Origin: Chloroflexi bacterium HGW-Chloroflexi-6
GTDB lineage: Bacteria > Chloroflexota > Anaerolineae > Anaerolineales > Villigracilaceae
NCBI GenBank assembly: GCA_002840685.1
Contig: PHBU01000020.1
Span: 471 to 64,470, forward strand
Direction: 5' to 3'
Length of the DNA: 64,000 nt
Made by a program: the position numbers and the translations under genes
The notes under the pieces: model-generated
Told to the model about the DNA's origin: nothing
What the model saw: only the letters and a program-made list of their open reading frames with translations
Databases searched by the model: none
In this document: positions 45,156 to 52,593 of the stretch, piece by piece
Layout: every line of letters begins with the position of its first letter
Numbering within the stretch: position 1 is the stretch's first letter

Positions 45156-45341
45156 ATGGAAAAAATAATAGATGAATCAAAAGCGCTAGAAAAGAAAATC
45201 GATGATTTTCTTCAATCAAATCCGGGGGCAAAAAAGGCACTTGATATTTTTGGTATAGCAGATGAGCGTTATCGCGCTGCTTTACAATCAAAAAATTCAG
45301 TCCGTTTCTACACAACCAATACAACATCTCCACAAAAATAA
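45156..45341 (+). CDS. Small hypothetical protein (AT-rich cargo)
   Basis: 61 aa. SD GGAGG lies before the ATG. Upstream of the protease gene. Confidence 0.45.
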   Translation: MEKIIDESKALEKKIDDFLQSNPGAKKALDIFGIADERYRAALQSKNSVRFYTTNTTSPQK

Positions 45342-45353
45342 AAGGGTGAAAAG

Positions 45354-46304
45354 ATGGAAAGCTGGCTTGATATACAGCGGGAATTTGAAATAGCCGGACA
45401 GCAAAGGGGTGTTCCCATTGATTTTGATAGTGTACGGCGCTCTTCTTATAGCGAATTAGTGGCCATCACTGGGAGGCCGCTGATTGTTTATGCATCATCT
45501 TTTCATGTACCCATAAAAAACCAAATTGCAGGAGCGATGCTTTCTCTTGACCTGTCCGATAAGGATGGTTTTCAAGAGGTCATACAGAATATTGATAGTC
45601 AATCTGTAGATATCTGGCTCCATAGTCCAGGCGGTTCAGCTGAAGCAACGGAGTCTATAGTTGCGATGCTTAGGGCCAAGTTTACAGATGTGAGGTTTAT
45701 CATAACCGGTACAGCAAAAAGCGCGGCCACAATGCTGGCCATGTCGGGGAATAGTATTTTGATGTCCAGCGCCGGCGAGCTTGGCCCTACAGATCCGCAG
45801 CTTTTTGTTGGTACTCGTTTTGCGCCTGCGGGAGCGATACTTGACCAGTTCAATATGGCCAAAGATGAAATTGCTCAAAATCCTAACCTTATTGGGCCTT
45901 GGTTGCCTATAATGCAGCAATTTGGTCCGTCGTTGCTTGTTGAATGCAATAATTACATCAATTTATCTAAAAAGCTTGTTTCTGGCTGGCTAGAAAATTA
46001 TATGTTTGCTGGGCAGGTAGATGCAAAAGAGAAGTCAGAGAGATTGGCTGAGTTTCTGGCTAATGATAAAAATTTCTTCTCACATGGTCGGCGCGTAGCT
46101 GCGGCGGACTTACAAGCATATAATGCTAATATTTCTAGGGTTGAAGATTGTTCCCAGGAAGTACAAAGGGCTATTTCTCGGGTTCATCTAACAATTATGG
46201 CTACACTTGATCAATCAAGTGCTGTGAAATTGTTTGAGAATAGCTCTGGTGGCGTTTTTATAAGAATGGTTCAGGCTCAGCCAGGCAATATGCCCATGGC
46301 CTAG
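45354..46304 (+). CDS. ClpP/SppA-fold serine protease (SDH, serine dehydrogenase proteinase-like)
   Basis: IWLHSPGGSAEATESIVAMLR and GTAKSAATMLAMSGN match the ClpP/SppA-type nucleophile region. Confidence 0.6.
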   Translation: MESWLDIQREFEIAGQQRGVPIDFDSVRRSSYSELVAITGRPLIVYASSFHVPIKNQIAGAMLSLDLSDKDGFQEVIQNIDSQSVDIWLHSPGGSAEATESIVAMLRAKFTDVRFIITGTAKSAATMLAMSGNSILMSSAGELGPTDPQLFVGTRFAPAGAILDQFNMAKDEIAQNPNLIGPWLPIMQQFGPSLLVECNNYINLSKKLVSGWLENYMFAGQVDAKEKSERLAEFLANDKNFFSHGRRVAAADLQAYNANISRVEDCSQEVQRAISRVHLTIMATLDQSSAVKLFENSSGGVFIRMVQAQPGNMPMA

Positions 46305-46384
46305 CTTTTGAACTGCCTGCGTAGGTAGCGACCCGATATCAGCATCTTATTGCATGCATATGTTGGTATCTGAGAGAGATACAT

Positions 46385-46548
46385 GGTAGGGAGACTGTGT
46401 CAAGCCGTTGCCAACAGGCTTTTACTAACTCTAGCTTGCTAGAGTCAGAAATACCCCGTGAAAACGGGGTATTTTTATTTCTGGTGTTGGGCGCCGGGCC
46501 TTGCGTGATGATCTAATCTTTGCTTTCATTCACCACTATATCGGTGCC
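46385..46548 (+). repeat. Cassette repeat copy 1 (right part only), which is the prophage attR
   Basis: GGGAGACTGTGT (46389-46400) and the core at 46410-46422, followed by about 125 nt nearly identical to copies 2-5. Confidence 0.85.
46449..46480 (+). terminator. Intrinsic terminator inside repeat copy 1
   Basis: ATACCCCG-tgaaaa-CGGGGTAT followed by TTTTTATTT. A-rich on the 5' side, so possibly bidirectional. Confidence 0.8.
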
Positions 46549-46573
46549 CGCTTTTGACCGTGTTATTTTTGCG

Positions 46574-47920
46574 CTAGGGTATTTCCCAATCCATCCAGTC
46601 TACTATACCGTAATAAAATACGTCGCCTGATAAATGCAAATAGTTGTTCATGCTTTTGCCATCAGGTAATTTGTAAATTGTTTTGGTTGATATATCCAAA
46701 ATTAAGGTCCGCCAGTCATAATCCGCGGTTCCTGATGTAGAAGTTGTATGGGGTGGATAGGATAAAGTTAGAACAATGTGTTCGCTATCGAAGGACCAAT
46801 CAAATTCATAAGCACCTGGCGGCTCAATACCACTAACTGGCAGGCATGGATTTAATAAGATCTTATCGACATCATCCCAAATAAACAATTCCGGTATAGA
46901 CAGGCGATCCGGCTTTTGAATTTTGAAAGCCATATAACGTTTGTCGGATGACCATTGTGGGTGGAAGTTAAGTATGTATCCTGGTTGAAAGACATCTTCA
47001 AAACGTGTGAATTGTGTGATCGTGCCATCCAAGGAGATATTATAAAAATTCTGTGATTTTTTGTTGTTATTTGATGTCCCAATATAAGTGAGCGAATTGG
47101 CATCGGGTTTCCAAGTCGGCATATAAGGTTTTTCGTCGCCTGTACCCAATACTTTGTCTGATTCCGGCAAAGTCCATTTGATCTGACTGGAGCGTAAATC
47201 CAATAAACTATAAGCGTTCTTCCCATCAATCAAGGTTGAACGATACAGCACAAAATTGCCATCTGGGCTATAGGAAATATCCGCGCCCCAAACTCCACCT
47301 GCATAATCAAAGGTAAATTTGGGCAGGAATACTGAATGGCTTTCTATTTGTTCACCGGTTTCTCGGTCATAAATATAGTATGTATCCGTATATCCAACAC
47401 CTTTTTGGTAAATTTCATTATCTGCAGGAGCTTTGAATATGCTAGCAAAAGGCGCTGCAAGAATTTGTCCATTGAGCAGAGAATTCAGATCATAGTTTCC
47501 TGCGGGAAGGTCGAGGGTAACTGACGGTTTCTCAGGGGATATCAGCACAATTCTATTTTCGGTATGGAAGGGTATGAAGGTTTTATCATCAGATGGAACG
47601 CTATAGTTCATACCTGTATCGGCTACCAAATTGGCGTTAAAAGAATTGATATCCCAATAAAAATATCCGGGATGATTACCATGTCTAATAATAAGACTTC
47701 CCTCAATGTTATTCCCTGCTTGCAATAGCTTTGTTGGCCAGCAGGATAAGCTCGTTTTAAAAGGAAATGTCGTTTGTAAAGCATTCTGCTGGGGCATCAT
47801 AGTTGCTTGTGGCGTAATTTTAGTTTGAATGGGAGCAGCTTCTGGATAAGCAACGCAGCCAAATAATACTAAGATTATCAGTCCCGCAAATAACCGAACA
47901 TAACATTTAGCTTTGATCAT
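46574..47920 (-). CDS. Cassette 1: lipoprotein with PD40/TolB-like beta-propeller repeats
   Basis: Signal peptide with lipobox LFGC. Repeated motifs YSPDGNFVLY, WKPDANSLTY and WSSDKRYMAF. Confidence 0.65.
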   Translation of the reverse strand: MIKAKCYVRLFAGLIILVLFGCVAYPEAAPIQTKITPQATMMPQQNALQTTFPFKTSLSCWPTKLLQAGNNIEGSLIIRHGNHPGYFYWDINSFNANLVADTGMNYSVPSDDKTFIPFHTENRIVLISPEKPSVTLDLPAGNYDLNSLLNGQILAAPFASIFKAPADNEIYQKGVGYTDTYYIYDRETGEQIESHSVFLPKFTFDYAGGVWGADISYSPDGNFVLYRSTLIDGKNAYSLLDLRSSQIKWTLPESDKVLGTGDEKPYMPTWKPDANSLTYIGTSNNNKKSQNFYNISLDGTITQFTRFEDVFQPGYILNFHPQWSSDKRYMAFKIQKPDRLSIPELFIWDDVDKILLNPCLPVSGIEPPGAYEFDWSFDSEHIVLTLSYPPHTTSTSGTADYDWRTLILDISTKTIYKLPDGKSMNNYLHLSGDVFYYGIVDWMDWEIP

Positions 47921-47957
47921 ATATAATTCTTAATTCGTGATGTGTTGAAGGAGCGTG

Positions 47958-48310
47958 CCAACCAGGTGTTTACCCGCCACTTTGCCGGTATCTTGGCCGC
48001 CTAAAATGCGAGATTATTGTATTTATTCGCAAGGTTGCATATTGTAGCTATATTCTAGCTGAAAAAATGCTATAAAGCAGGATTTTTCGCCGGTAGTTTT
48101 AGCGGTAAAATCGGGAAAAGTGGTGTGACGCAAGGGCGAGCATGGAATTGGGAGATTGTGTCAAGCCGTTGCCAACAGGCTTTTACTAACTCTAGCTTGC
48201 TAGAGTCAGAAATACCCCGTGAAAACGGGGTATTTTTATTTCTGGTGTTGGCACGGGCCTTGCGTGATGGTTTAATCTTTGCTTTCATTTACCACTGCAT
48301 ATATTGGTGG
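47958..48310 (+). repeat. Cassette repeat copy 2
   Basis: Aligns with copies 3-5 along its length, with a short deletion in the left part. Half-site at 48150-48161 and core at 48171-48183. Confidence 0.85.
48210..48241 (+). terminator. Intrinsic terminator inside repeat copy 2
   Basis: Same hairpin and T-tract as copy 1. Confidence 0.8.
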
Positions 48311-48404
48311 ACCGCAAAACCCCACATTGAGACGAAAACAGGGTGGGGAGAAATGTCTCTGGATGGGGAATCTGATAAACAGCGGTTTCAAAACCTTCAC
48401 CAAG

Positions 48405-48446
48405 AAAAAAGGCCTGACATCTTTTTCCAGATGCGAGGCCTTTTTC
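48405..48446. terminator. Hairpin downstream of the cassette 2 gene (A/T-flanked, possibly bidirectional)
   Basis: AAAAAGGCCT-N20-AGGCCTTTTT. Confidence 0.45.
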
Positions 48447-48512
48447 ATTCACTTTTTCGTTCATCCCTTGACGTGGCTATTAATCGGTGGGCTACGTGGC
48501 TTTACGAGATCA

Positions 48513-49043
48513 TTATTCTTGGAAAGCACTCACACTCCATCGACTGTGACTTACCGGTACCATAGTAATGTAGCACGCGGCGCCATTATCAAACGTGATC
48601 CACCAATCCCGTGCGCCAAAAAAGGAATCCTTACCTGTAATGCTGTACTCTAGAGAAATATTTTTGTCTAATTGAGCTAAGCCGTCATCTGATATTGAGA
48701 ATCTCTCAGGCATATTTTGGCTGGCAACGGCAGAAATGAACTCATCCAATGTTCTTTCGGCTACCCAATCCCTGTAACCCCAATAGAGGTAAGTAGAAAA
48801 TATGGAAAAGACGATCGTCAGAATTGGAACGAGAAGGACAGTCCGCCCTTTCCAATGCAGCGTAATGCACAAAAAGATGAATGCTATTAAGAGCCAAATG
48901 ACGATGACTACTGGAAAAATCAGGTCATGATGACCGTATGCAACAAAGAAACTTAGCCCGACAACTAGCCACAGTGCTAATCCGAGCAACAGAATGGGTT
49001 TCAGAACCTTAGAATCATTTTGCTGTATGAATTGGTTGTACAT
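48513..49043 (-). CDS. Cassette 2: 4-TM membrane protein with a C-terminal soluble domain
   Basis: I prefer the start MYNQF at 49043, because the longer track ORF runs into the repeat. Four hydrophobic segments. Confidence 0.55.
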   Translation of the reverse strand: MYNQFIQQNDSKVLKPILLLGLALWLVVGLSFFVAYGHHDLIFPVVIVIWLLIAFIFLCITLHWKGRTVLLVPILTIVFSIFSTYLYWGYRDWVAERTLDEFISAVASQNMPERFSISDDGLAQLDKNISLEYSITGKDSFFGARDWWITFDNGAACYITMVPVSHSRWSVSAFQE

Positions 49044-49102
49044 TTGCTTGACTATCCATAGTGTAAACGTTTTTTGCTGGAGCACATTCGTTTTAGCGCA
49101 GC

Positions 49103-49475
49103 TCAACTATGTGTTTAGCGGCTATTTCGCCGGTTAATGGCTTATGGGCGGTATTTTGACCGGCTAAAATCCAAAATTAATGCAGGCATTTGTATTCCTG
49201 CGCAAGGTTAATAATTGTAGCTTTATTTTAGCTGAATAAATGCTACAAAGCAGGATTTCCCGCTGGTAGTTTTGGCTGCAAAATCGGAAAAAGTGGTGTG
49301 GCACAAGTGCGAGCATAGGATTGGGAGATTGTGTCAAGCCGTCGCCAACAGGCTTTTACTAACTCTAGCTTGCTAGAGTCAGAAATACCCCGTGAAAACG
49401 GGGTATTTTTATTTCTGGCGTTGGGCGGGTCTTGCATGATGGTTTAATCTTTGCTTTCATTTACCACTGCTTATG
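49103..49475 (+). repeat. Cassette repeat copy 3
   Basis: Core at 49344-49356. Left and right parts align with copies 4 and 5. Confidence 0.85.
49383..49414 (+). terminator. Intrinsic terminator inside repeat copy 3
   Basis: Same hairpin and T-tract. Confidence 0.8.
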
Positions 49476-49490
49476 CGGGTGATCGCATTT

Positions 49491-50045
49491 TCAATAATTG
49501 AAATGTTCTGGAAAAAGTTTCTTATGAAACTCTCTAAGAGCTTGTTGATCGCTGCTTCCTAATGGATTGTAGATTTCACCTTTATATCGTGTCCACCAAT
49601 AACCGTCTCGGAACGGATAACAAAAAATTGGTTTGCCTAACTGTTCGTAAAGCGAATTATCCACAACGCACTCTATTTCTAAACGCTTCTCTCCATTATG
49701 TAATGTTTCAACCCACTCCGGCAATTCAGACATTGTGATGTTTTCAGCTTCCCAGGCAATACGAGCAAAGCGGAAATCTGGGGCAAACTTGAGATGATAA
49801 TAAAGTTGAAGTCCAACTTCTGTACTATCTATGGCGTCTTGAATAGTTCTAATGCCAAACCCACTTAATCCTGAAGAGGATATTCTTGCGCCAAAGAGGC
49901 TGGGCGGCTTTTTGATAACTTCCACGTACAGTATTATTTCTTTTCCTGCGGGTAAATTGAATTTTACTCTATCAAAGTGATGAACAAACTGAGCAAGAGC
50001 TTGCTCATCTTTGCACTCTGCCCACAACTCGAAAATAATAGCCAC
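49491..50045 (-). CDS. Cassette 3: cytoplasmic protein of unknown function
   Basis: GTG start with SD AAAGGA. No signal peptide and no recognised motifs. Confidence 0.55.
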   Translation of the reverse strand: MAIIFELWAECKDEQALAQFVHHFDRVKFNLPAGKEIILYVEVIKKPPSLFGARISSSGLSGFGIRTIQDAIDSTEVGLQLYYHLKFAPDFRFARIAWEAENITMSELPEWVETLHNGEKRLEIECVVDNSLYEQLGKPIFCYPFRDGYWWTRYKGEIYNPLGSSDQQALREFHKKLFPEHFNY

Positions 50046-50078
50046 AATAATCCTTTTGATTGTTTCAAGGCTTCAGAG

Positions 50079-50470
50079 CCCAACTATGTGTTTAGTGGCC
50101 ATTCCGCCGGTTAATGGCTTATGGACGGTATTTTGACCGGTTAAAATCCAAAATTAATGCAGGCGTTTGTATTCCTGCGCAAGGTTACTATTTGTAGCTT
50201 TATTTTAGCTGAAAAATGCTATAAAGCAGGATTTCCCGCTGGCGGTTTTGGCTGTAAAATCGGGAAAAATGGCGTGGTACACGTGCGAGCATAGAATTGG
50301 GAGATTGTGTCAAGCCATCGCCAACAGGCTTTTACTAACTCTAGCTTGCTAGAGTCAGAAATACCCCGTGAAAACGGGGTATTTTTATTTCTGGTGCTGG
50401 GCGTGGGCCTTGTGTGATGATCTAATCTTTGCTTTCATTCACCACTGCATATATCGGTGCATATATCGGT
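50079..50470 (+). repeat. Cassette repeat copy 4
   Basis: Core at 50320-50332. It ends with a 12-nt tandem duplication, GCATATATCGGT x2 (50447-50470). Confidence 0.85.
50359..50390 (+). terminator. Intrinsic terminator inside repeat copy 4
   Basis: Same hairpin and T-tract. Confidence 0.8.
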
Positions 50471-50495
50471 AGGCGCGTTTTCTGTTTATAAGGTC

Positions 50496-51575
50496 TCATG
50501 GGGTAAGAAGCCCATGTAAATCTTGTTGAATTGCTAACATATACTCAGATGCTTTATCTGGTGGAAAATATTCGTTCAGAACATCTTGAGCGTCTGATTT
50601 TTGTCCTATCAGCAAATAATGGGCTGTTAGTGCATAAAGTGTACTTACAGCCTGTCCATATTCCCAGTTTGTTTCCTTATTATATTGATCAATCTCTTTG
50701 TCGTCTTCACTTGGGTTGTTTATATCCCATTTTACGCTCTGAAAATGAAATGGCATATTTGGATGTTGCTTTTTAAATTTAGCGAGAAGGTCCAGTGATT
50801 CTTTAGCGTCAAAAAACTGTAGTTTGTCCTTGAAATTATAAGTTGCTGGTACATAACCAGCCTTTCCTTGATATTCATATACAATACGCATACCTACCTG
50901 GCAGGTCAAACAAAATTGCGACCAAATTCTAGTTTGAGCAATATATTCAAGAGACCCATCTTCGTTTAAATCGGTAAACATTCCTGGGTCTTGACTTCCA
51001 GCAGACATTATTTTTTCCAGCGTATCACCTGCTTCGTAAACAATAGTTCCTGCTCCACCATCGCCTGCGCCAGTCCATGTGCCGATAACAATTTCTGGAA
51101 TTCCATTTCCCGTTAAATCAGCTCCTGTTTCTTCTCTTAGCCAAGCAGTACCATAACCCCAAATTTCTGCTTGCTTGGTATTTTTTGATGCAATTATGAC
51201 AGCACAAGATGCCAAAAGCCTAACTTGTGGGTCACTATCACACCAATTTCTCACTACATATTTTCCTACATACAATTCATGAAATGTAATATCTTGTCTC
51301 TGGGGTTCAGGGGTGAAGTTCAACCAACAACCATCTACTCCACATGTAGGAACTACCATAATTTCAGGTGTCGGGTATCCATAAAGAGTTTCTGGCGTTG
51401 GCGTTACCCAAGGAATTGGCGTTGACGTTGGTGTGCTGGTTGCTGTTGGAGATGATATTGTTGGAATGACAAAAGTTGGCGATACCGTCAGTTGCGTTGG
51501 GTAAGGCGTAACGCCGCCACAGGCGGTTAGAAAGATGGCGCAGATGAGTATTGGTAACGTGATTTTTGTTTTCAT
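50496..51575 (-). CDS. Cassette 4: lipoprotein with a T/P-rich linker and FG-GAP/VCBS-like repeats
   Basis: Lipobox LTAC. Linker SPTATSTPTSTPIP. Motifs DLTGNGIPEIVIGTW and FTDLNEDGSLEY. Confidence 0.65.
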   Translation of the reverse strand: MKTKITLPILICAIFLTACGGVTPYPTQLTVSPTFVIPTISSPTATSTPTSTPIPWVTPTPETLYGYPTPEIMVVPTCGVDGCWLNFTPEPQRQDITFHELYVGKYVVRNWCDSDPQVRLLASCAVIIASKNTKQAEIWGYGTAWLREETGADLTGNGIPEIVIGTWTGAGDGGAGTIVYEAGDTLEKIMSAGSQDPGMFTDLNEDGSLEYIAQTRIWSQFCLTCQVGMRIVYEYQGKAGYVPATYNFKDKLQFFDAKESLDLLAKFKKQHPNMPFHFQSVKWDINNPSEDDKEIDQYNKETNWEYGQAVSTLYALTAHYLLIGQKSDAQDVLNEYFPPDKASEYMLAIQQDLHGLLTP

Positions 51576-51592
51576 GTATTTTCGGCGAAGCG

Positions 51593-51972
51593 CCTAACTA
51601 TGTGTTTACCCGCCATTTTGCGGGTTAATAGCTTATGGGCGGTATTTCGACCGCCTAAAACCCGAAATCATTGTGGGCATTCGTATTCCTGCGCAAGGTT
51701 ACTATTTGTAGCTATATTCTAGCTGAATAAATGCTACAAAGCAGAATTTCCCACTGGTAGTTTTGGCTGCAAAATCGGAAAAAGTGGTGTGGCACAAGCG
51801 CGAGCATAGAATTGGGAGATTGTGTCAAGCCGTCGCCAACAGGCTTTTACTAACTCTAGCTTGCTAGAGTCAGAAATACCCCGTGAAAACGGGGTATTTT
51901 TATTTCTGGTGTTGGGCGGGCCTTGCGTGATGATCTAATCTTTGTTTTCATTCACCACTGCATATATCGGTA
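51593..51972 (+). repeat. Cassette repeat copy 5
   Basis: Core at 51835-51847. Full-length alignment with copies 3 and 4. Confidence 0.85.
51874..51905 (+). terminator. Intrinsic terminator inside repeat copy 5
   Basis: Same hairpin and T-tract. Confidence 0.8.
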
Positions 51973-52087
51973 GCCCGCTTTCTATGAAACTGTTGCGTCC
52001 AGAAAACAAGAATATCATTTCCACGCTGAATATTTTGATTCGCGACAAATGTCCCAAAGAAGGTGAATGATAGATCAGGCCTCACAG

Positions 52088-52315
52088 TTATATTATCTCT
52101 TGAAATTCCCAATATAGCTCTTGGTCTTCGGGAAAGAGCAGTATGTTTTGACAGTTGTTACAAGTGAGTAAGGTCAGGTAATCAACAGACATGCGCCACT
52201 TGCTCTCGATTCGTGCTACTTGTTTGCGAAAACTCTTTCCATTGCAAAGTGGGCATACAAGGGACCTTTTACCATTCCTATCGGTTAAGGTGGTATCGTT
52301 AGATGAAAATGTCAT
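52088..52315 (-). CDS. Cassette 5: small zinc-ribbon protein
   Basis: CPLCNG...CNNCQN. Confidence 0.5.
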   Translation of the reverse strand: MTFSSNDTTLTDRNGKRSLVCPLCNGKSFRKQVARIESKWRMSVDYLTLLTCNNCQNILLFPEDQELYWEFQEII

Positions 52316-52474
52316 TTTGCGTTCCCTTTCAATTTAGGATTATATCTTTGTTTTTGCCATTATTTCCGGGATTGGCATTTTAGATCCACTGTGAGCCGCC
52401 CACTTGGCGCGTAACCGGTTTTTGGCTTTATTCAAGAAGTGACCCTATACGCGAGGATTTGGAAGACTTGCTAG

Positions 52475-52512
52475 GTTGTTTCAAACCATAGCCAACAGGC
52501 TTTTACTAACTC
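52475..52512 (+). repeat. Degenerate sixth att-like copy abutting unique chromosome
   Basis: TGTTTCAAACCATA-GCCAACAGGCTTT-TACTAACTCT. Only about 40 nt are shared with the other copies, and downstream sequence is unique. Confidence 0.7.
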
Positions 52513-52533
52513 TGGTAGATGATGTTTGTTGCT

Positions 52534-52570
52534 GGCCGCTCGTTCTCTTAAGCGGCCAATGATATTTTTA
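52534..52570 (+). terminator. Possible ancestral rRNA-operon terminator
   Basis: GGCCGCT-N10-AGCGGCC, with ATATTTTTA 7 nt downstream. The geometry is weak. Confidence 0.35.
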
Positions 52571-52593
52571 TACAATACTGCTTATGTGGTTCT

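Larger units (their letters stand above)
323..46422. mobile_element. Composite prophage (siphovirus-like) integrated in the 5S rRNA 3' end
   Basis: Bounded by direct copies of GCCAACAGGCTTT. The serine recombinase sits at the left edge. A repressor switch, replication, packaging, head and tail modules are all present. Base composition changes at both borders. Confidence 0.75.

Noticed and set aside
48070-48288. Conserved 64-72 aa minus-strand ORFs inside repeat copies 2 and 3 (48070-48288 and 49243-49437).
   Set aside because: They run through the terminator hairpin and the att core. Copies 4 and 5 have no ORF of 60 aa or more listed over the equivalent segment, despite near-identical DNA. 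Conservation is therefore at the nucleotide level, not the protein level.
48125-48653. Plus-strand ORFs 48125-48565 and 48279-48653, which cross repeat copy 2.
   Set aside because: They start inside the repeat and read through the intrinsic terminator. They have no SD, and no counterparts exist in the other copies.
46385-52512. Could the regularly spaced repeats be a CRISPR array?
   Set aside because: The repeats are about 350-400 bp rather than 24-48 bp. The 'spacers' are 0.6-1.4 kb and contain full-length ORFs with start codons, SD sequences and signal peptides. No cas genes are present in the window.
46385-52512. Could this be a classical integron cassette array?
   Set aside because: No intI-type tyrosine recombinase, attI or Pc lies at either end of the array. 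The repeats are far longer than attC sites (about 60-140 bp). I could not find the paired R''/R' (RYYYAAC...GTTRRRY) palindrome. GTTRRRY-like heptamers (GTTAGGC, GTTGAGC, GTTGGGC) occur about 20 nt upstream of three cassette ORFs but not of all of them. The site architecture instead matches the prophage serine-integrase att.
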